A program made the position numbers and the translations under genes. From Pseudobutyrivibrio sp. (GTDB lineage Bacteria > Bacillota > Clostridia > Lachnospirales > Lachnospiraceae): a stretch of DNA of 62,952 nt. Location of the stretch: positions 1 to 62,952 of the forward strand of contig JAILAV010000037.1 in the NCBI GenBank assembly GCA_024681435.1, written 5' to 3'. Below, piece after piece: positions 9,870 to 19,080 of the stretch (position 1 is the stretch's first letter; every line of letters begins with the position of its first letter). The notes beneath the pieces are model-generated. The model worked only from the letters and a program-made list of their open reading frames with translations, made no database searches and had not been told where the DNA came from.

Positions 9870-10700
9870 TTAAATTCTACAGATTCTAATGTATTCTTTC
9901 TTCCAATTATCTATAACATTATTAATGGTTTCTCGAGAAGCGTCTGTTGCCTCTCCGTATAATAAATCATTTATTGAACTATCAAATCCAAGAATATCTT
10001 CTTTTACTGTGGCTCGAGAAACAATTTGAAGAATCTCTTCTACATCATTTTTAGAGACCTGATATTTTGAAACATAATCATCAAATGCAAATTTATCCTT
10101 AGCACATCTAGCTGCATATAGCAAATGATAAAGTGTCTGCCTCTTATGATTTCGCTTATATCCCTCATCAAAACATTTGCATGCCTCTTCAAAAAAGAAT
10201 AACTTTGCAAAAGCGCATCCTAAATTGTGGTACACATCACCTTCAATAATTCTAGGCATTGTTTTTGCTACATCCTCTGATAATAGAGTCTCATATTCAT
10301 ATATAGCATCAATTAGCATACCGCTTGTCATTAACTTATCAGCTCTAAGCTTTTTGCGCTCTGCCTCTGATTTATTCTCAAAGGTTGATATTATTGCCAA
10401 TGCATCCTTGATTTCTTTGTTAGAGGAATAACCATTAGCGCTTAAAATATGTCCAACGAAAATATGAAGAGGCGAGTTGTTCTGGACCATAGAAAGAAGC
10501 TCTTCTGCCAATTTAGGCATTTTCAACTCTCTGCCAATCCAATTGCACAATTCCGCATTCATAAGCTTTGTAGAAAGCAAATACACATTATTTAGCATAT
10601 AGTAACTAAGCTCCTCCAATGAATAAACATTAAGAGAAACTTCCTCTATGTAATAAGGTGAAGCGGCTATGGAATTTGCACAATAAATTAAAGTACTCAT
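9870..10700 (-). CDS. Hypothetical TPR-containing protein
   Basis: ATG 10700 overlaps the upstream stop (TAATG); TPR-like VYHNLGCAFAKLFFFEEACKCF. Confidence 0.78.
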   Translation of the reverse strand: MSTLIYCANSIAASPYYIEEVSLNVYSLEELSYYMLNNVYLLSTKLMNAELCNWIGRELKMPKLAEELLSMVQNNSPLHIFVGHILSANGYSSNKEIKDALAIISTFENKSEAERKKLRADKLMTSGMLIDAIYEYETLLSEDVAKTMPRIIEGDVYHNLGCAFAKLFFFEEACKCFDEGYKRNHKRQTLYHLLYAARCAKDKFAFDDYVSKYQVSKNDVEEILQIVSRATVKEDILGFDSSINDLLYGEATDASRETINNVIDNWKKEYIRICRI

Positions 10701-11941
10701 TAAACCCCTTTCAAGGAAATGGTATGCTCCCAACTCTTGCCTGAAGATGGGGATATTTCTCCAAATCCTAAATCCGTAATTACGATTGAAACCGCAACAT
10801 CTGAAACTGGACTAGCCTCAATTCTAAGTCTGGTTGTGCGATTCTCTCTTTTAGGTAAATCTGATAATTCAAGCACCTCTGTGTGAGCCTCTCTAGATTC
10901 AGGGCGCTGTATATAAAACTCTAGCTCTGGCTCTCCATCTAAAATAACTTCGCATTCACCCTTAGCGTCATACCAGCTTTCACCAGCATCGATTAGGGTA
11001 AGGAATTTCATTACGTTGTTATCTAAAATCTTGATAGAAAGGTTAAGTTTTAAATCATTGTCACCAATGAAAATAAATGGCCAATCTCTTCTGCCATCCT
11101 TAATATATCCACCGTAACAAGCTCCTTTTGAATAAAGATTCTTGCCAAGGAAAACCTTTCGACCCTTACACAATCTGGCAAGACTAAGCTTCATCCAATC
11201 TCCATCGAAGCCATCTCCAACCAAATATACTGAAGAAAACAACATACTTCCAAAGGTGTCAGCTATGATGTTATCAAACATCTCATCTTTATTTTCTGTG
11301 ATATCTCCATGATTAACAACATCAAGCGTAACTAATTGAGGTCTTGTAGATTGATTTCTATTAAGAATACAAGAAACCATATTAGTTCCACTGTAATCAA
11401 ATAATGCAACATTATACAAAAACAGCTCTGGTTTGCATGATAGAGCATAATAATAAAAGCATTCGTTTCTATCTATAAGTGATAGCTTCTTTGAATCAAT
11501 ACCAAGCTTTTGAACAACATAATTCATAAGCTCCATCACATCAAGACTAATCTGTTCAACGCAAATTACAAGCTTTTCAACTTCGCCAAGTGCCGCCATA
11601 GGTCCTGGGATAGAAAACAACTTATTAAAAAATATAACCATCAATTCTCTAGCTTCGAAGGCTGTACCATCTACAACTGTTTCTTCGTTTCTAAGAGCCA
11701 TTCCAAACAAATCTTCAACTAAAACAGCTTCTTTAACTCTGCTTTTAGAAATGGCTTCATCACCAAAGAACCACTGTCCCATTCCAACTCTCTTAGCAAG
11801 AATAGTTGGTATAGAATAGTTTTCCTCACCAAGAACCGTACTTACAGTAACCGGCTCTTCCATATTCGATTTGTAAATACTAAGGACTGTGTTTCTTGAA
11901 TTAATATCTATTCCAAGATAAGCACCTTCGGCATTACTCAT
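10700..11941 (-). CDS. Degenerate Hsp70/actin-like fold protein (probably DUF5716-type)
   Basis: YLGIDINS, IPTILA..WFFGDEA, VYLVGDGF, NLYSKGAC parallel DnaK motifs; DUF name recalled, not searched. Confidence 0.65.
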   Translation of the reverse strand: MSNAEGAYLGIDINSRNTVLSIYKSNMEEPVTVSTVLGEENYSIPTILAKRVGMGQWFFGDEAISKSRVKEAVLVEDLFGMALRNEETVVDGTAFEARELMVIFFNKLFSIPGPMAALGEVEKLVICVEQISLDVMELMNYVVQKLGIDSKKLSLIDRNECFYYYALSCKPELFLYNVALFDYSGTNMVSCILNRNQSTRPQLVTLDVVNHGDITENKDEMFDNIIADTFGSMLFSSVYLVGDGFDGDWMKLSLARLCKGRKVFLGKNLYSKGACYGGYIKDGRRDWPFIFIGDNDLKLNLSIKILDNNVMKFLTLIDAGESWYDAKGECEVILDGEPELEFYIQRPESREAHTEVLELSDLPKRENRTTRLRIEASPVSDVAVSIVITDLGFGEISPSSGKSWEHTISLKGV

Positions 11942-11953
11942 ATAATCTTTCCT

Positions 11954-14900
11954 TTACAAAATTGAAAATAAATCTTTTGTGACTGTATCTAGGCCTTGAT
12001 AATTTTTGAGTGCTGAAGCAAGTTCGCCTGTCTCATTGTACATATTAAAGCGGCTGATACTGTTCATTAGAGCAAAACGACCATTTTTAACATCAGGCTC
12101 ATCTATCATAACCATAGAATCGCTCTTAATAGGGTCATCGGATAATTCGTCACAATAAATCTCGTATTTAAGCTCATCCCCATAAAATAGAATAAACTGC
12201 TTAACATAAATGCCGTCATACATCTCAATCATATCCTCTTCAACTGGATTTTGATTATTGATTGCATATGTAATAACAACAGACTTTCTCTTTTCAGTAG
12301 AAATCTCAATAAAGTGTTTATCATAAAGATGATATTTAATTTTAAGCTTATCATTACAATTAGCATAGAATCCAAAATACTGATTGCGCAAAATAGCATC
12401 AGCTAAAAGCATATCAAGCATATTCAAATCATCTTCATCTAAATCCTTTGAAAGGCATAAATACTTAAGAAGCGCAATTCGCATACTCTCGTTAACAGGT
12501 AAAGCCTTTTTATATCGGTTATATATGTAAGAGAAAACCTCTTCTGGCACTTCCTTTTGCTCTGATAAGAAAGCATGAGCTTCATATGTAAGAAATGCCT
12601 CCACAATCATTTTGTTATTCCTACGGGCAACATAGGAATTAAAAACATCAATAATTCTATCTGAAAGGAAATCTCTATAAAGCACCTGTGTAAGAATCCT
12701 CTCAGAGAACTCAACTACATCCTCACCTTTTTCAAAGGCATTATTGTAAATAAGAAGCATTGTGTCTGTAGGGCCAACATAAAATCTGGTTAAATATCTA
12801 ACCAAATCTGAAGCTGCAAATCCTTCATTACACAGCTTAGCTGCCATCAAGATAAGGAAATCATCACTCTTTTCTGGGTTCTCATTAATCATATACTTAC
12901 AAAGCTTTAAAGCCGCCTCCGGCTTAAGCTCTGTAGCATTAGTATGAGTAAGCATATAATATGCTTCTTCGTATTTGCTACGAGATATAAAAACCTCTAA
13001 AACTGCGGCACTAACATCTGCCTTTAACGATTTCAAATCAGCTTCATTCATGAAATGACGTTCAATAAGAGCCTCTTCATCATTAAAGCGTAAAAGTGTA
13101 ATAATCTTTGGATAAAGGCTACTTAAGTATTCTGATGAAATATACTTTGAATCAAGCAATATCTTTACTGCTTCTACACAAGCCTCGCTAGGCTCAGTAT
13201 ATTTAACATCATCACCAAGCTCCTTTAAAACAGAAGCCATATTTGCAGGAGTAAGCTTCTGTAAAGTATCTGTGTAGCCTGTGACATCTAACACATCCTC
13301 AGTGAGATATGCATCATCGTCAACAAATAAATATCCATCATTATCCTCAAGGAAAACAACGCCATTGCTTCCAATATAGTTGATGTATGCCTTATGCTCA
13401 GACACATTGGCTATACTAGGGGCTTTAAATTCCTCTTGATACAAAAATACACGTCGAACATTAGGGCTTATAACTGCAATCTTCTTTTTGTAGGAAAGCT
13501 CAGATATTAATCTGGCAACCTCTGAATCAAAGATACCCAATTCTAATAATCTCTGATAACAAACAGCTAAATTATCGTCCAAACGACCAAGTTTAAGCTG
13601 TTCTAATGCAAATGTCTCAATTGCAGGCTCATAATACTCGTAGGTCTTATGGTCTTCTGCTCTATGAAGAATAACATTTGCATACAAAAGAGCCTTTTTA
13701 TCGTATGGTAAATCGTTCTTATATTTAAAGAACATGGTAAGCACTTGCGGAAATCTATCAATTGAGTATGTAGGAATAGCTTCCATATATGCTTCAAATA
13801 TTCCTGAAACATGTAGATTAGCTTCAATGGCTAGCTTAAACCATTTCAAGAACTTCTCATCTACGTATTTTGCTTTCAAAATATATGTAACTATAGACAA
13901 TAAAAGCTGCAGATCAGGGTATACTTCATAGCATGCATCAAGAATTGGCAATACCTTAGGATTAAAACTATGCTCAGTCTCAAGTAGATGCACCATTTGA
14001 ATTGCAATATCCTTAGATATTGCATTCTTTTTTCTAGCCCAATTTAAAGTCTTTACAGTCAAGTCATCAAAGCTTGAAATTAAATATGGATCCTGAACAA
14101 AAATATAGTAAGCCTCAATATATAAAATTGGCGAATCCACTCCGTCAGCAACCCACTGAGCAATATCTCTAAGCTTTGCTGTAGGATTTTTTATATATTC
14201 CCTACGTAAAAACAATAAGAACCAAAAAAGTCTAACATCATCTGGATGTTCTCTGTAGATAGACTCGATATTATCTGTAAGTTTATCAACGTAAGACTCT
14301 TCTCTTTCAATAAGAGTACAGATATATAAAAGAAATGCCCACTGGGTACTTCCCTTGTCTTCGATAGAACGTTTTAAATCCTGGATAATCCATAATGCTT
14401 CCTGCTTTTGCTCATTAGTAACAAATAAAAGGGCTCTGGTAAGAAGCTGGATATTATCCTCCTCTTCATCCTTTGCTATTTCATCAAGGATAGATAATGT
14501 CTCCTGGCACCACTGCGATGTAGTGATTTTTCTAAGTCTGAAGTCCTCGTAAGTTCTGTACGCCTTAAGAATTAAAACATTCTTTTCATGAGACTTGGAT
14601 TCAAACTCAGCACCTTCCTTTAATGTGGAAGCCACAATAGTAATTTCTTTATGAATGTCCCTGTAATCAAAAGAAATCTTGGCAAAATTAATTCCAGCAT
14701 GCATTTTATCTTTATGAATGTAGTAATTCATGTTAAAGATAGAACCAAGGAAGAAATCTGATGTAATACTCTCTTTCTCAATTGAGACAAAATCTGCATC
14801 ACAAGATACCTTAATATCAATATAGCCCCAAGTTGAACGAACTATTTCAATCTCAGAGCGAATATTCTCATTAACTTCATAATATGTATCCTGACGTTCC

Positions 14901-15487
14901 TTAACATCAAAGGTCATGCTAGGTTTAAAGCCTGTCGCCACAAGGAACTCATCCACATTAACAGCTGCTATAGGCGCAGCTTTGAAGCCTCTGTAAAGAA
15001 GCTTGGTACGCTTATCCAAATCAGATACAAAATCTGCAAATCTATCTGAATAGAATAAAGAAACAGCCTCTGAAAAATGATTCTGTGCAAGCTCTACATA
15101 ATCACTTAAATCATGAATCTCTCCAGAAGATGCCTCTAGGGGACGCTTCACATAGTTGATAGTAAAAGGAATTTTCTTTTCGATTCCAACTGCAACTACT
15201 GTAAATACGCCACTAAGTGACTCACCAGGTTTAAAATTATAATCGTCGATTTTATAATCAATTCGAACATTTACTTTATCAAACCATGGCTCAGATATAT
15301 CCACATAAGGATTGTCACAATAAACTACACCTCTGATTTTTACATCATTAGTACTTTTGAAATATATACTTCCAGAATAAACATCAGAAACAAAGCAGGT
15401 ATCTTCTATCTGCTCCATATCAAACTCTATATATGGTTTTAAGTCATCGAATTTATCCTCAGATATTCGATAGATTCTTTTTCTCAA
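11954..15487 (-). CDS. Large uncharacterised protein (probably DUF5717-type): Ig-like domains plus helical repeat region
   Basis: 1177-aa ORF, TTG start behind GAGG; beta-rich N-terminal repeats, long helical middle, beta-rich C-terminus. Confidence 0.75.
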   Translation of the reverse strand: MRKRIYRISEDKFDDLKPYIEFDMEQIEDTCFVSDVYSGSIYFKSTNDVKIRGVVYCDNPYVDISEPWFDKVNVRIDYKIDDYNFKPGESLSGVFTVVAVGIEKKIPFTINYVKRPLEASSGEIHDLSDYVELAQNHFSEAVSLFYSDRFADFVSDLDKRTKLLYRGFKAAPIAAVNVDEFLVATGFKPSMTFDVKERQDTYYEVNENIRSEIEIVRSTWGYIDIKVSCDADFVSIEKESITSDFFLGSIFNMNYYIHKDKMHAGINFAKISFDYRDIHKEITIVASTLKEGAEFESKSHEKNVLILKAYRTYEDFRLRKITTSQWCQETLSILDEIAKDEEEDNIQLLTRALLFVTNEQKQEALWIIQDLKRSIEDKGSTQWAFLLYICTLIEREESYVDKLTDNIESIYREHPDDVRLFWFLLFLRREYIKNPTAKLRDIAQWVADGVDSPILYIEAYYIFVQDPYLISSFDDLTVKTLNWARKKNAISKDIAIQMVHLLETEHSFNPKVLPILDACYEVYPDLQLLLSIVTYILKAKYVDEKFLKWFKLAIEANLHVSGIFEAYMEAIPTYSIDRFPQVLTMFFKYKNDLPYDKKALLYANVILHRAEDHKTYEYYEPAIETFALEQLKLGRLDDNLAVCYQRLLELGIFDSEVARLISELSYKKKIAVISPNVRRVFLYQEEFKAPSIANVSEHKAYINYIGSNGVVFLEDNDGYLFVDDDAYLTEDVLDVTGYTDTLQKLTPANMASVLKELGDDVKYTEPSEACVEAVKILLDSKYISSEYLSSLYPKIITLLRFNDEEALIERHFMNEADLKSLKADVSAAVLEVFISRSKYEEAYYMLTHTNATELKPEAALKLCKYMINENPEKSDDFLILMAAKLCNEGFAASDLVRYLTRFYVGPTDTMLLIYNNAFEKGEDVVEFSERILTQVLYRDFLSDRIIDVFNSYVARRNNKMIVEAFLTYEAHAFLSEQKEVPEEVFSYIYNRYKKALPVNESMRIALLKYLCLSKDLDEDDLNMLDMLLADAILRNQYFGFYANCNDKLKIKYHLYDKHFIEISTEKRKSVVITYAINNQNPVEEDMIEMYDGIYVKQFILFYGDELKYEIYCDELSDDPIKSDSMVMIDEPDVKNGRFALMNSISRFNMYNETGELASALKNYQGLDTVTKDLFSIL

Positions 15488-15551
15488 AACGATGTCCTCA
15501 ACAATTCATAGGGTACGTGGTTGCCCACTACTCCTAGCATATTCTTTACAA

Positions 15552-15579
15552 ATTATAGCACAACATCTTGTGTTTTCAA
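15552..15579 (-). promoter_or_regulatory. Sigma-A promoter of the 15487 operon with an NrdR-box-like palindrome in the spacer
   Basis: TTGAAA-16bp-TATAAT with TG extension; the spacer 15558-15573 is GCACAACATCTTGTGT. Confidence 0.65.
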
Positions 15580-15650
15580 ACGAATACGAAACAAAAATAT
15601 GGATATTTATTTATCAAGGTGTTAGTATGTTAGAAACGAGGTGACAGAAT

Positions 15651-16739
15651 ATGATTAAACACAAAGACCACTTTCACGGCAGTGATTTAGAGAAAATCGA
15701 AAAGATTTATGGAATCAAAAAAGAGGACATTATTAGCTTCTCTGCAAATGTAAATCCTCTTGGCATATCTCCTAAGCTTAAAGAAGGTATTACAAAGCAT
15801 ATTGATTGCATAACTACATATCCTGACAGAGATTACGTAGAACTTAGAAATTGCATCGCTAACTACTGCTCTACAGAACCAGAAAACATCATTGTAGGTA
15901 ATGGATCAACAGAACTTATTTCTTTATTCGTTCAAATTCAGCACCCTACAAAAGCAATGATTCTCGGCCCTACTTATTCAGAGTACGAACGCGAAATCGC
16001 TTTAGGTGGCGGCAAAACTATATATTACCCTCTTCGTGAGGAAAATGATTTTCTTTTAGACCCAAATCATTTCATTAGTAAGCTATCAGAAGATATTGAT
16101 ATGCTTATTATTTGCAACCCTAATAATCCAACTGGCACAGCTATTAATGCACATGACATGCGTAAGATTTTAGATGCATGCATGGAATGCAATATATTCG
16201 TTATGGTTGATGAGACATATGTAGAGTTTGCTGAAAATGTAAATGAAATTTCTGCTGTAAGTCTAACTAGAACATATGACAATATTGCTATCTTAAGAGG
16301 TACCTCTAAGTTCTTTGCTTCACCTGGACTTCGTCTTGGATACGCAATCTGTTCAAACTCAGATTTAATCCAGGCTATTAATAGACGCAAAGACCCTTGG
16401 ACAATCAATTCAATTGCTGTAATCGCTGGAACTTTAATGTTTAATGATGAAGAATATATAAAGAATACACGACAGTTAATTAAAACTGAAAGAGATAGAC
16501 TATTTAAGCTTTTCGAAGAGAGTTCTCGTTTTAAGCCATATAAGCCTCAAGGCAATTTTATGCTTTTAAAAATTATTGATGAGAATATTACAAGCGGCGA
16601 ACTTTTTGATAAGTGCATAAGACAAGGGCTTATGATTCGCGACTGCTCTACTTTCCCTTATTTGGGTGAGAATTTTATAAGATTCTGTTTTATGAATCCA
16701 TCTGATAATGACAAATTGGCTAGCCTACTGTTGGGCTAG
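15651..16739 (+). CDS. Class I/II PLP enzyme, threonine-phosphate decarboxylase (CobD)/HisC-like
   Basis: HG...FSANVNPLG, GNGSTE, CNPNNPTG, DETY, TSKFFASPGLRLGY. Confidence 0.85.
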   Translation: MIKHKDHFHGSDLEKIEKIYGIKKEDIISFSANVNPLGISPKLKEGITKHIDCITTYPDRDYVELRNCIANYCSTEPENIIVGNGSTELISLFVQIQHPTKAMILGPTYSEYEREIALGGGKTIYYPLREENDFLLDPNHFISKLSEDIDMLIICNPNNPTGTAINAHDMRKILDACMECNIFVMVDETYVEFAENVNEISAVSLTRTYDNIAILRGTSKFFASPGLRLGYAICSNSDLIQAINRRKDPWTINSIAVIAGTLMFNDEEYIKNTRQLIKTERDRLFKLFEESSRFKPYKPQGNFMLLKIIDENITSGELFDKCIRQGLMIRDCSTFPYLGENFIRFCFMNPSDNDKLASLLLG

Positions 16740-17732
16740 CCAAATATCTAAATCAACATCTCCTTTTATTCCATTAATACGTCCACTTTCTGAATACTGC
16801 CAAAGGTCATACTCATATGGCCAGTAAAATTCTTTGTTGTAGCCTGCAAACCATTTTGGATAATCTGTAAGCTGATTCAAATCTAAAAGCATTGCTCCCA
16901 TTTCAGTATTATGATAAAACATTGGGTCATAGCCTGCATTTTTAACTGCATCCAAAAATGCAATTGTAAGATTTGTTCTCTCTTCTACTGAAAGAGAATT
17001 TGTTCTTGCCTGGCTATCTGCCACCTTTTCCACATCAAATACAATTGGAAGCTGTAAAGTATAACCTTCAAGAAGATTTAATACAGTAGACGCTTCCTCT
17101 AATACCTCTGCCTGATTCACAGCCTGGGAAAACACATAGACACCTACATCAATTCCTGCCGCCTGTGCACCTTCGATATTCTCAATGCATTTTTCATCAA
17201 CAAGAAGTTTTCCTGTGCCATACCCTCTGTAAACCGCTCTAATAAATGCAAACTGCACACCATCAGCAGCAACAGCATTCCAATCAATATCTCCCTGATG
17301 AGAGGATACATCAATTCCAAAACGTGATACATCCTGATTATCTACAACATAACTATATTTACCAGTTTCACTTTCAAGGAGATTATTAATATCATAATCG
17401 TTCTTAGCAAGACTATCGTCTATTGGCACAAAATTGTACTTTGAATTAGCTGCTACAACTATGTATTCAGGATATAAGGACTTGAGAACAGAAACAATCG
17501 TATTTCCGTTTTCAAGAGACTCTCGAATCGAATCCAATACAGACTTTCTTCCCTCTGCCTTTGCTTCATCCACTAGGGCTTCAACCTCATCGCTGGAAAA
17601 AGTCTGACCATCCTCAATTTCAATGCGGCTATGTGTATCTGCAACGATATAAATGATACCCACCGCAATTAAAGTAAAAAATATAGATAAAAAAGATATT
17701 AAAAAATATCTAAAAGCTCTTTTCATATACAC
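16725..17732 (-). CDS. Membrane-anchored glycoside hydrolase family 25 (lysozyme-like)
   Basis: N-terminal TM; GIDVSSHQGDIDW, FDVE, WQYS..G.I.GI.GDVDLD; 15-bp convergent overlap with previous gene. Confidence 0.92.
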   Translation of the reverse strand: MYMKRAFRYFLISFLSIFFTLIAVGIIYIVADTHSRIEIEDGQTFSSDEVEALVDEAKAEGRKSVLDSIRESLENGNTIVSVLKSLYPEYIVVAANSKYNFVPIDDSLAKNDYDINNLLESETGKYSYVVDNQDVSRFGIDVSSHQGDIDWNAVAADGVQFAFIRAVYRGYGTGKLLVDEKCIENIEGAQAAGIDVGVYVFSQAVNQAEVLEEASTVLNLLEGYTLQLPIVFDVEKVADSQARTNSLSVEERTNLTIAFLDAVKNAGYDPMFYHNTEMGAMLLDLNQLTDYPKWFAGYNKEFYWPYEYDLWQYSESGRINGIKGDVDLDIWLAQQ

Positions 17733-17734
17733 TA

Positions 17735-18256
17735 TCAGTCTGGCATATCCGAAAGTGAACCTATCTGCTTTCTATACCAAACTATCCCCTTCCAATTTCC
17801 ATGTTTGTAACCAATATTCGTAAAATGACCTACCTCTTCAAAACCAAGGGCTTTATGAAATTGAATACTAGGTACATTGTCATCAGTGATAACTCCATAC
17901 ATGAATTTATATCCCATATTTTTGAGCCTATTTTCTAATTCAGTGTATAAAGCCTTACCGATGCCTGATTTTCTAGGCACATCATTGGCAAGATAAATAG
18001 TAGTTTCTACTGCATATTTATAAGCATCATGATGTCTCAGGCGACCACCATAGGCCATTCCAATTATTTTTCCATCTTCATCACAAGCAACAATATAAGG
18101 ATAATCCTTTTTCGTATTTACGATACTCTCCTGATATTCTTCAACACTAGGGTTAACCTCTGTAAATGTTACATATGTGTTCTTCGCATAATACCCATAT
18201 ATCTCACAAATAGCCTTAGCATCAGATATTTGGGCATCCCTGATAGTAAAATTCAT
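17735..18256 (-). CDS. GNAT N-acetyltransferase (phosphinothricin acetyltransferase/YncA-like)
   Basis: TFTE, ETTIY, GIGKALY, NVPSIQFHKALGF, GYKHG. Confidence 0.9.
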   Translation of the reverse strand: MNFTIRDAQISDAKAICEIYGYYAKNTYVTFTEVNPSVEEYQESIVNTKKDYPYIVACDEDGKIIGMAYGGRLRHHDAYKYAVETTIYLANDVPRKSGIGKALYTELENRLKNMGYKFMYGVITDDNVPSIQFHKALGFEEVGHFTNIGYKHGNWKGIVWYRKQIGSLSDMPD

Positions 18257-18382
18257 TACAAGCCTCCTCTAAATATGCATAAAAAAATGATAACAAAGCC
18301 TTATATATTATTCAATAATTTCCTTTACAAAACTGTCTATAGGACTTATAACAAATAGGTAAAACATGAAAGGAACTAAATA

Positions 18383-19036
18383 ATGAAATACAACACAATT
18401 TTATTCGACTTAGACGGAACTTTGTTATATACCCTTGAAGATTTAACAGATTCCATAAACTATATGCTAGAAAAATACGGTTTACCAACTCATTCATTAG
18501 AAGATGTTCGTAGATTTGTTGGCAATGGTCTTAAGATGCTTGTAATTCGTGCTCTTCCTGAGGGAGAAAAATATCAGCACTTCGACAAGTTTTTGGCTGA
18601 ATTCATCAAATACTATAATTGCCATAATTTAATTAAAACCAGACCTTATAATGGAATTATGGAAACCACAGCTAAATTAAAAGAACTAGGAATAAAAATG
18701 GCAATCGTAACCAACAAAGGTCAGACTGCCAGTGAATCATTGCTCGAAGACTTCTTCAAACCAAATATCAATATTGTAATCGGAGATGACGGAAATCATC
18801 CTCGCAAACCAGATCCAGCTCCAATACAAATCGCTTTAGATAAGCTAGGAGTCAAAGATAAATCATCTGTCCTCTACGTAGGCGATTCCGAAGTAGATGC
18901 TGCCACAGCTGAAAACTCCGGCCTAGACTACGTCCTTTGCACCTATGGATTCCGCGACATGGAAGACCTAAAAGACTTCTCCCCAATAGCGTACGTAGAT
19001 AACATTGTAAAATTATTTAACGTTTTACAATTATAA
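18383..19036 (+). CDS. HAD-family hydrolase (phosphoglycolate phosphatase-like)
   Basis: FDLDGTL, TNK, KPDP, VGDSEVD. Confidence 0.92.
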   Translation: MKYNTILFDLDGTLLYTLEDLTDSINYMLEKYGLPTHSLEDVRRFVGNGLKMLVIRALPEGEKYQHFDKFLAEFIKYYNCHNLIKTRPYNGIMETTAKLKELGIKMAIVTNKGQTASESLLEDFFKPNINIVIGDDGNHPRKPDPAPIQIALDKLGVKDKSSVLYVGDSEVDAATAENSGLDYVLCTYGFRDMEDLKDFSPIAYVDNIVKLFNVLQL

Positions 19037-19067
19037 TGCCAAGGCTTGTATGTGTAACTGGCGTTAT
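19033..19067 (+). repeat. Truncated copy of the dispersed hairpin repeat
   Basis: Stem ATAATGCCA/TGGCGTTAT enclosing AGGCTTGTATGTGTAAC, matching the 3' arm AGGCTTGTAGGCGTAAC of the 28267 copy at 15/17. Confidence 0.55.
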
Positions 19068-19080
19068 GGGCGCCCTGTAA

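Noticed and set aside
10700-15487. Wadjet or another known defence system
   Set aside because: No SMC ATPase, Toprim, nuclease or Walker motifs seen; core-genome context.
16725-17732. GH25 as a prophage endolysin
   Set aside because: N-terminal membrane anchor and no holin or phage genes nearby.
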